From Camelus dromedarius (Eukaryota), in assembly GCF_036321535.1 (NCBI RefSeq), contig NC_087462.1, positions 9,672,001 through 9,736,000 of the forward strand: 64,000 bases of DNA, read 5' to 3'. A program made the translations under genes and the position numbers. This document shows, one piece after another, positions 54,181-64,000 of this stretch. The stretch's first letter is position 1. Every line of letters begins with the position of its first letter. The notes under the pieces were generated by a model. It was not told where the DNA came from. It was given only the letters and a program-made list of their open reading frames with translations, and searched no databases.

Positions 54181-57100
54181 GGCTCCTTCCTGGCCAGGAG
54201 GAAACGGGGGCTGTGGGTTATCACAACACTCCCACCCGGGCTGTGAAGGGAAGGAGGAGGGGGGCACCAAAGCACAGCTGGGCCTCTCTGATTAACACTG
54301 GGTGGGGCGCCAGCTAAGTGACTGGGCTGCCTTGGCCTTGCTGAGCCTCAGTTTCCTCACCTGCCCTTGCTCTGTGCCCAGCGCTATTCTCTGCTGCGGA
54401 TTATCCCCGTAGTGCGGAGGAGGACACTGAGGCACGGGCAGTAGAAGGGACCGCCTCCAGGTCTCACTCTGTCGGTTCACAGAGCTGGACTTAGCTCCTG
54501 GCGGGCTGGCTACAGCCCACCTCAGGGGACAGGGCCGATTACTGGAGCTGAATTGGGAGGAGCGCTTGGCCAAGGGCCAGCACACAGTAGGTGCTCGGTA
54601 ACCGGCACGTGAAGGCCTCGCGGAGGTTCTGATCTGAGGATGGTGCAGTTTCTCCGAGCAGTCATCCCACCTGATGCCCGGCTCACGTAGGCGCTTAGCA
54701 AGTGCTCCCGGGGCAGCAGCGCAAGCAGCAGTGACCTTGGGGCCGGTGTTAGCTGGAAGGAGGGGCTTCTCCTACCTGGGTCTCAGTTTCCCCCTCTGTG
54801 AGATGAGGTGCCCAGGTCCGGGAGCAGGAGGGGGCTGGGAGAAAGGATTTGCCGTTGCTGTTATCACTACTATTTCCTGCTGGAAACCTCATTTTCGGGC
54901 TTCGAGAGAGGGGGAATGGGAAGAACCAGATAATGGGGGTCAAGTTTCACTGTGGGTCACCCCCAGGTGGGCATGGAGGGGATTTGGGGACCAAGGAGCA
55001 AAGGATTCTGGGTATGCCCTTCTGCCCAGCCCCTCAGAATCAGGAGCTCCAGGGAAATCCTCTATGTTGGGTGATGCCAAAGCCCCCTGTAAAAGTCACA
55101 AGCCTGGCCATGTGGGGTCCTCAGTCTTGGAGAGTCAGAATGGGACACAGCCCCTGACCTCACAAGGTCAAGGAGAGCAGGAGGGTGGGAAAGGGGCAGA
55201 GGGGAAGAGGGTGAAGAAATGGAAAGTAGGCTGGACCATGGGTGTGGGACAATAAAATTGCTGTCCACTGCCTGTGGGGGACATATCAGGGTGATAGTGC
55301 TGGCATAGGGACCCAGCCCCCTAACAGCCAGGGTAATGGAGCCCGGGTAAGTTGAGCGGGGAGGGGTCCTCCAGGGTGGCGTTCATCCAGGAGGCGGGAG
55401 TTGGGTCGGGAAGGAGGAAGTTCCCAGGGGTGGGCAGGAAACCCCTGTCTGACCTTTGGCCTTTGCTGCTACCCAGTAATTCCTGATTCCGGACCCTTCC
55501 CAGCCACTACTGGGAGGGAGGAGGGCTGGGGGCTGCAAGTAGTGCCCAACCAGCTATTTCTCTAGGTTGGTCAGGCCCCCCCCAAGAGTCCCCTGAGCAG
55601 GGAGGGCATCTTCCATCTTCATCAGCGGGGGGCCATGTGGGCAGAGTGGATATATGGTTTCAATTTAGGGCCTCTGGAGTGAACGTCTGGCTGTGTCACT
55701 AACTGCTGTGTAACCTGGGACAAGTGACTTCTCCTTGAGCCCCAGATTTTTTTCTGTCTAAAGTGGAGGCAACATAGCCAGTTGTGAAACATTTGTCACA
55801 GTGCCTGGCACACACTCAGCCTTAATAAATGGTGGTATTTTTTTAAGGTGGGAGCGGCTGGATCATGCCCAGCTTCTGAAGTTGGGCTGAAGAACTGAGA
55901 CACAGGGGAGGGGCACTGCCCAGGTGCTGTTGCCTTGGGCCCGTGGGCTCACCAGGGGAAAGGGGGTATGATAGGGGAAGAGCCTGGGTGACAGGGGTCC
56001 AGTTGAGGAGCTCAGGCTAGGGGGCAGTGCCTGGATCAATGCCAAGAGGTGTGACAGTCTTGGTGTGGACTTAAGATCCTTCATGATATATTGAAGGTGT
56101 GGCATATGCGTATGTATGAACATAATGTCTGTTGTCCAGGGAAAAGAAAGGCAACCATAAACTCCCAGAAACCAAAAAAGCCACTCTAAACCTGATGATG
56201 TGGATGTGCTACAGTTTTGAGCAATTGTCATAGTATAAGAACAAGAGTTTTAAATATACACACTAATGTCTTTTATATCAAGCTCAAAAATAACATTCCC
56301 TTTCTATTTGGCAATTTGATCTCACAACTTTGATTTGTGATGTTTCTTTTTCCAATAACTTGTTTTAAAAGCTAGATTTTTTTTTAATGGAAAAGATAAT
56401 GATAATGACGGAACTTCCTCTTTTGCTCTACATTATGACGCTGAGATTTGTTGATTCTTTTTGACTGTTGTTTAGGTTTTTCACCACATACATTATCAAT
56501 GGGCATTCAGACCGTTTCTAAATTTGTTGTTTCAGTGAACAAAATAAGACTTGATATCAAATCTCCACAAATGAAATTGCTGGGTCCTAAAGCAGTAACA
56601 TTTTATATTTGGGCAGCTGTCACCAATTTGTCCTCCAAAGAGGTTGTTTCCATTAACACCCCTGCCAGTAGTGTCTAAAATTTCTAAAAACAGACTTTCT
56701 GAATACGTTCTGCCTGCATCCCTGGCCAAAAAATTCCAGAGGGAGGAGGTGAGCAACTGGTCCTCAGATTCACATGAGGTCAAATGCATCAAATGATGTG
56801 AGCATTTGGTTTTTTCCTGAAAACAATTTGTCATAGTCACAGGAAATTCTGTGGATGAATCTTTCTGTATTCCCTTGGAGGGTTATCATAAAATCTGGCT
56901 TCAATTTTAAACTTTTTTTTAAAAATTAAAAACAATCACGTTGGTTTCATTTGATCGTTTGGGCATAAAAAGGAAAACTGCCATGGGGAAGTATACTTGG
57001 TGTCATTCTGAAAGCTGACACTGAAGTTCTCAAGGAGACACAGGGTTTTTAAAACTCTCACGGAACTTCAGGAAGATTTTTGAGGAAGTGATATTTCTGG

Positions 57101-57954
57101 CAAAGAAAAATTTCAGCAAAGTTCAGAAAACCCTCCACCTTTATGCCAATGTGTTCGGTTTTTGGTTAAATGCAAAGGAAATTAAGTTTTCTGCTTTTGG
57201 AGTTGACAGAAGAGACAGAGAGAGCCCTTTGGAGGGGAAGAGCCTGTCCTCCCTGGGGGTTCGTGTTCCTGGCTGAAAAAAGGTGACCCACTTTCTTACT
57301 TGGGACTGGAGACCAACAAGGTCAGATTGTGGCTGTCCCCAATGCCCTCCACCCAGCTTGTGCCACAATTCCTGTTTCCACCCCTCCCCCACTCCTGTTT
57401 CTACAGCCCCAGAGGGACTCCAGGGTGACCATGAATGGGGAGGCCAGGGGAGGGACCTGGGAGAGTGTGCTGGGGACAAGGTGGAGGCACAGAGGTAAAG
57501 GCGCAGAGACAGAGGCTTTGAGTGGTAATGAGACAGGTGGAGACAGGGAGGCAGAATAAAGCAAGGGCAGGCCAGGGGCTGGCCCTGTGGGGTGGGAGGG
57601 AGGTGCAGTCTGAGAGGCTGGGCAGCTAGGGGATTCTCAGTCTCAGCCAGGGATTGAGAGCTGTTCTCCTGAAATTGCTCCAAATTCTCACCCATTCCCT
57701 GCCATACAACCTCCCCTCAGGATTCAGTCACCCCCACACCCTTCCCTCTCTTCGCCTGATACCAGATCTGATCGTACTCTTCCTGCTCACACACCTGCCA
57801 TGGCTCCCCATTTCCCCCAGGGCTGATTTTCAGGAACCTGGCAGGTATGTCTAAGGTGAAGCCAGCAGAGTAAGTGAATAATAATGATATTTTAGGTCCC
57901 ATTTGCAGCCCTGAGCCCAGCCCTTTATGTGTATACTCTCTCCCTCTTTTTTCT

Positions 57955-58125
57955 TTCTTTCTTTTTTTTTTTTTTTTCGGTTGTTTTTTTTTTTTCTGGG
58001 GGGGGGATTAGGTTTCTTTATCTTTTAAAAAAATAGGTGAGGTTTTATTTTTAACAGAGGGACTGAGGATTGAACCCACGAACTCATACAGGATAAGCAC
58101 TCTACCACTGAGCTCTACCCTCCCC
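57955..58125 (-). mobile_element. tRNA-derived SINE, Vic-1-like
   Basis: Reverse-complement head ...ctctaccactgagctctaccctcccc with poly-T tail. Confidence 0.78.
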
Positions 58126-58649
58126 ATAGTCTTTTACGTTGTTCAGCCCTAAATCCCACAACTGCACAGTGAGATGTCTCAAGTCCCTGGGGCACCAGAC
58201 AAGGCGAGACCAATCTCCAGCTCTAGCTGACTCCAGAAGGAGAAGCCGTTTCCTGCTCACTTCCGGATTTACGCCGGAGTTGGGGCGCGGGGGTGGGGGT
58301 GAGGGTGTTGGTGGTGGGGGAGGGTAAGTCTCAGACCCATTCTCCCATACTCTGAAGCTCTGGGCCTTCAGCCCCTAGCAACCGGGTCTGCAGACTGGGG
58401 CGACCCCTGGTGGCCGGCAGTGGAACTAGAGGCTGGACTCTTCCCTCCCTTCAGCCTCACTGCCTCCGTTGTTGGTTCGGGGGAAGTCCTCCAGTTCTCC
58501 TTCCAGGTGGACCCTCTCCCAATAAAGGCCCTGACCAGACACCTCCAAGCCACCTCCAAGGTGGGTGGGGGGATAATGAGCAGGACTGGCTGAGGCAGGA
58601 TCACAGTTTCAAAGGGCTCCTCTTTCCCTCTTTACACCAGCCTCTTCAG

Positions 58650-60450
58650 AATTTTTTCAAAACAAATTTTAATTATTTTAGAGGTAATACATGCACATGA
58701 TTTTTAAAATGCAAGCTTTACAAAAAGGTATACAGAGAAACATAAGACTCCCTCCCCTGCCAATCCCCAGATCTCTGATTCCTTTTCCAGAGGCCACAGC
58801 TGCGTCCAGTTTCTTTCAGAGATACTTGGATAAAAGTTTTCCCCAGTGCCAGATTTTAAAAGATGTACACAAATTATTGCTCTCCTGCTTTTTACATTAA
58901 TGAGTCTCAGAGAAGATCTGTCTTGGTCTTTTTAACAGGTGTATAATATTCCATGGTGTGGATGGACAGACACTCGTTTAAATAGTTCCCAACTGGTGGA
59001 AATTGAGATTGTGCCCCATTTTTTTTTTGCAATTACCAAGAATTCCCTCATTCTCTCCCCTAATCCTGTCTCCTTTTTTAAAGTAAACTTTTTATTTTGG
59101 AATAAGTTTAGATTTACAGAAAATTTGCAGAGATAATACAGAGAGCCTCTGAATACCTCTCACCCAGTTACTTTCATTGTTAACATCTTGTATAGCATGG
59201 TTCATTTGTCAAAACTAAGAAATTAATCTTAGTATATTACTATGGACTAAACTCTAGACTTTATTTAATTTCCTCACGAAGTGTTTTTCTGTTCCAGGAT
59301 CCAACCCAGGATTCGCCGTTGCATTTAGTCCATCATTTTGTATGCATTTAAATATGACTGTAGAAAAATTCTTGAAGAGGAATTGATAGGGCAAACAGTA
59401 GATGCACTTTTAATTTGAGACATTCTAGAAAATTGCCCTCCTAAGTGGTTGTACCCATGAGCAGTCCCACCAGCACGGTGTGGGATTGCTTGCTTCCCCA
59501 CAGCAGTGCCAACACAGTGTATTCACAAACTTTTAATTGGTTTTTATTTTCATCTTTGCCCTGTGAATGGGTAGGAAGTGGTACCATATAGTTTCAGTCC
59601 GCATTGCTTCTTGAGGAACGAGACTAGGCACATTTTTGTGTGTCTCTTTGAACTGGCTGCCGATGTTCTTTGCCTATTTTCTACTGAGTTATTTTTTGAG
59701 AAATTAATTTAGAAGAGATCCTTACATACTAAGGAAAGTAGTTTATTCCTGGATATTAAAAAAACTATCTGAAATGGATCTTTCTTTTCTTCCAAAAGAT
59801 TTTCTACAGAGTTGTTAAGATATAGGAGAGTTTCCACTAATTCTCTTGGGTTTTCTATATATAGTCATACCAACAGCAGATAATATCATTAGGTTGAATC
59901 ATCACAAAAACCCAAACTCAGACACGGCAAAATAACCAGCCTGGGCTTTTAAACGCCAACATCATGAAAGGCAAAGACAGACTGAGGAATATTCCAGATT
60001 AATACAATGTGTAAACCAGGACTCCTTGTTATAACTTCTTTGTTAAAAAGGACATTATCAGAACAGTTGGCAAAATCAGATTAAGGTTGAGAGATTAGAA
60101 CCTAAGTGTCCAGCAAGTGGATAAAGATGTAGCATACATATACAACGGAATATTACTAAGCCACAAAAAAGTCTTGCCATTCTCAACAACATGGTTGCTT
60201 CTGAAGGGTATTATGTTAACTGAAATAAGTCAGAGAAAGACAAATACTGTATAATTTCACATGAAATTGTTGCTATTATGATAAATTCTTCAGAATTTTT
60301 CTCATTTGATCCATCAGTATGGTGAACTTTCTGAACAGACTTCCAAATACTGAACCATCTCTGCATCTCAGGCACATGTCTTTATGTTAAGGTGTATTTT
60401 AAAAATGTGTTACATGATTCTCTGCTAAAATTCCATTTGGAATTGTACCC
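58650..60450 (-). mobile_element. Degenerate old L1 fragments (L1MC/L1ME-like)
   Basis: AT-rich block with aaactttttattttggaataagtttagatttacagaaaa...ccaggatcc...gcatttagt motif; subfamily and boundaries uncertain. Confidence 0.6.
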
Positions 60451-60930
60451 TCCTCAAAGGGAGAGGGGTCTATAGTTTTCCTGTTGTGCCATCTTTCTCA
60501 GCTTTTGGTGTCCAGGATCTGCTGGCTCTCATGATTCCGACAATTACAGACAAGGTAAACTGAGGACCAGAGAGAAGTGATTCTTTCAGCCTACTCCTGG
60601 GCCAGGGTGGACCCTAAGTCCTTATATCTGTGGGATGTGGACAAAACTTTCCTTAGAGGGGACTTAGGCCCTGGCTCTGCACTGTCTCACCTTGTGACCA
60701 AATGGACCTCAGTTTTTCCGTCTGTAGAACAAGCACTAGATGGTCAGGGAGAGAGGGTCGGGTCTTCTTTCTGAACACTTTCCGTTCAGGGCGGCAGCTG
60801 GGTCAAAAGCTGAGCGCTGCTGGGTGTAGACTGGGTATCTCATCCAGCGTGGGCACCTCTATATGTGTCCCTGCGGGGCCCCCAGTGTCCGTCCTCCTGG
60901 CCTGGAGCCCCAGTCTTGCTGGGGGCTGAC

Positions 60931-63601
60931 TCACCCTCGTGCGCGCCGCGCTGGTCGCCGGCAGCTTCCCGATGTTCCCGGGCGAGAGCGAGAGCGGGGG
61001 CTTGGCCGGGGTCGGGACCCCGAGCGGGTCCGTGGGTGTGGCAGTCTGCGCTGGGGGCCCATCTGGGCTTCCAGGGCGTTACTGCCGGGAAGGGGGAAGG
61101 GACCTGTCAGCACCTGGAGACTCTCCAGCATTCTTTCTTCCTTCCTGGGAACCCCACTCCTCAGAGATCCCATGCTCCACCCCTGGCCATTTCCAGGACC
61201 CCTCTCCAGGGACTCCCAAACTTTTTCCCAGAAGCTCCGCCTCCAGGCCCCAAGCCCCTCCCTCGATATTCGCTTTTCTTGCACCCTCACTTCACTCCTC
61301 GCCCTCCCCGGAGCCCCCACGATGCCCCCAACTCCAGGAAACCAAGCCTCCAGAGTGCCCTCCTCAACCAGGGCTTCCCGCCCCCAAAGAGCCCACCTTG
61401 CGTCACCACCCCCAGGTTCTACTCCAGCACCTTAACTTCGCCCCTCCCAAGGCCCCGCCCACACGGCCCAGTCCCCCACCCCTTCCGGCCCCGGCCTCAC
61501 TCACACGCGTTCGCGCAGCGCCGCCTCCCGGGCTGCGCAGGCTTCACCCTCGGCCACGGCCGCGCGCGCGCGCCGCTGTGCCTCGTCCAGCCGTTGCGCA
61601 GACTCGGTGGCCGCCGCCTCCCAGCGCGCCAGGGCTTCTGCGGGAGCAGGGAACCCGGTGAGGTTGGAGACCAGGCTCTCGCCCCGCGCACACCCGCTCC
61701 GAGTTTATAGTCTGCCAACTATTTGCGTAATTTGTTTTATTTGATTTAAGCTTGTGTGCTGTTTGCATGACCTTCACGTGCCATTTGCATAGCTTTTCAT
61801 AGGTTTACATTGCTTTGGGGAGTCCTTACATGGCGTGTGCGTATTTTGTTGCATTTGCATTGTTTTGTGACATTTGCAGAACCTTTGCATATTATGTGCA
61901 TTTCTTTCACAAGTTTCCGTGTTCATTTGCTTTACGTTTGCACCTGTGCGATTGCACCTGTGCAAGTCATTTGCGTAGGTAGGAACCTTCTAGGCTCCTC
62001 TCACCTCTAACCCTGCCCATTCCTTTGCACCCCAACACACCTGTCAGCGCCCCGTTCTCAGCCCCCATCTGGGTCCCCTGTGCCTTGGCCTCGTCCATCT
62101 CAGTCTTCAGTGTCATCAGTTGGGTCTGAAGCCGACTCTGCAGAGTGGAGAGGAAATGAGGCGGGTAGGGGGAATGGGAGAAGGAGTGAATTGGCCCCGC
62201 CCTTTCTAGGGGAGACTGAGACGACACTAATGTTCCTTAAGCTTTATTTGCAATGTCCTTGAGCGTCCTGTAATTGTAAAACACGGAAGTGGTCTCTGAA
62301 GTCTGGGGTACGAAGTGGTGACTGGTGCCTGACTGGAAGGAGATCTCTGCCCAGGTCCACCAATCCCCACTCCAGATCAACGGGGTGTAGAAAAGGTTTA
62401 GCTCTGCCTACAGACACTGGTTCCAATCCTAGCTGTAGACTTGCCGATGGATTTTAAACGAACACAAGCCAATTTGGTGTTTAACAATGTTGGGTTTCTG
62501 GGGTATCCTTAGTCACTTCTGTGAGACATTCTGCAAAGCAACTGGCCTGACTTCCTCAGAGAATCTTCAATAGAGGGGCAGAGCCAGAATTTGAACCCAG
62601 GGCAGATTGCCTTTAACTTGGCTGCCCCAAGTCCTTCACTTAGGCAGGCAGGAGAGGCAAGTTTCAGTTTCTAAAATTCACACACTGCCCAGCCACTACT
62701 GGGCGGGGTACGCAGAGGTATGCAGTAGTTACTCAATAAATGTGAATGGTTGGGACTTTGAGGATGGTTTTTCTGTGAGGCCCAGGGCTGGGAAGGGTTA
62801 AGAAAGAGTCTGAAGGAGGTGGCAAGAGGAAAAGGGAGGACCTGGCTGGTACCTCCCCCAAGAGGCCAACTTTAGCCTCTTAATTACAGGTGACTTGAAT
62901 GTCCCTATCTTGAAATAGGGCTGCTGGACACTGGCAGGGCTGGGGGAGTGGAGGGTTGGGGAGGAGTGTTGAGTGGGTGTCTGGGGGGAGGGTTAGCACA
63001 GGGCCTCCCCAGGTGGGCTCAGGGGTCTGGGGCTTCCCTAGCTACCGACCATTGACCTGGCAAATAGCAGAGAAGAGTGGAGGCTTCTTGGTCAGAAGGT
63101 AGACTCAAGGATGAACTGGCAATGTAGGAGTTGGAAGGAATTACCGTGCTATTCTCATTTGCCTCCCTCAGTTGAAGAACTGAGGAAACCAAGGCCCAGG
63201 GGAGGGACCCTGGGGATGTATGTAAGCCCTTTTCCCCCAAAGCCTGAATTTCCCAGCACCCCACCCTACCCACGTACCTGGCGGCCCTCACAGGCCCTTA
63301 GGGCCTCCTCCAGCTGCCCACGGACACTCTCGGCCTGGTTCAGCTGCCTGGTCAGGGCCTCCTCGCGCTGGGCCGCCTCTGCCAGCCGCCGCCGCAGCTC
63401 CTCGACTTCGGGCGCCGGGTCCCCAGGCGGCGCCGTGGTGTTAGTCCCTGGTTCTGGGCAGAGAGGCTTCCGGGAGGCCGAGGCGGCCAGATTCCAGGCC
63501 AGTAGGGCTGCTCCGGCGGCCACCGCTGCCAGAAATACAGCAGCCCCGCAGAGGGCGAACACCCGCCATGCGCGTCCCGGCTCCGGCCCCTGCTCGGCCA
63601 T
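60931..63601 (-). CDS. CCDC194: CCDC194, type II TM plus coiled-coil protein (tetherin/PLVAP sister gene), 234 aa
   Basis: Exons 63601-63278, 62137-62041, 61637-61505, 61081-60931; 705 nt, GT-AG. MAEQGPEPGRAWRVFALCGAAVFLAAVAAGAALLAWNL TM, NTT sequon, coiled coil, R/S/P-rich tail RRPARRARG*. Syntenic position next to PLVAP. Confidence 0.92.
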
Positions 63602-64000
63602 GCCGCCGTCCACAGCTCTAACCCCAGACGGCCACGAGCATTTAATTGGCACCTTGGGGAGCCAGGGACACCCACGGTTCCGCCCCGCCCGGCGGTGGCT
63701 TCTAGTTTGTTGGGAGGGGCTGGACCTGCGCCAGGGGCAAGTCCAGGCTACTCGAGCCCAGGACGGGACTTGGGGGTCCTGGGTTCCAGTCTCGCTTCTG
63801 CATCCCATGTGCTGTCCTCTGAGACTCAGTTTCCCTCTCTGTGAAGTTAAGACAACAGCAGCTCCTGCCCTACTGGGTTTATTGGGAATCACATGAGCAC
63901 ATCTGCACATAGCACTCACTTCCACAGGAGGATGCTCTGCGAAGGTCTAGGTGTATATTGTCCCCACTCTGTTCATGAAGAAACCGAGGCTACATGAGCA

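Noticed and set aside
57322-57469. GPI-encoding exon for CCDC194
   Set aside because: Phase and acceptor fit, but the encoded tail is polar (RNRSGGGVETG) with no terminal hydrophobic run.
63602-64000. BST2/tetherin itself
   Set aside because: No BST2-like exon is visible; by synteny it should lie beyond the window edge.

Overview
Mammalian, gene-dense, GC-rich window syntenic with human 19p13.11. Eight tRNA-derived SINEs of the camelid Vic-1 type suggest a camel, llama or alpaca genome (inference). Gene order, recognised from translated exons joined at splice sites read from the sequence: ANKLE1 last exon (+), ABHD8 (-), MRPL34 (+), DDA1 (+), ANO8 (-; one required exon falls in an N-gap), GTPBP3 (+; one GC-AG intron), PLVAP (-), CCDC194 (-). 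BST2/tetherin is expected just beyond the right edge. All complete genes have intact reading frames. The rest is SINE, MIR, L1, L2, hAT-MITE and MaLR repeats, simple repeats and two assembly gaps. Best leads: (1) read-through of PLVAP exon 3 into intron 3 gives a 44-aa tail with a hydrophobic C-terminus and a downstream AATAAA, i.e. a possible doubly anchored, tetherin-like isoform; (2) the CCDC194 stop codon lies inside a consensus splice donor; (3) a uORF cluster in the ABHD8 leader, including GCCACC-ATG-TAA; (4) a dense octamer-motif cluster in CCDC194 intron 2; (5) a strand-skewed, telomere-like degenerate hexamer tract in PLVAP intron 3. No database search or predictor was run; these leads are hypotheses.
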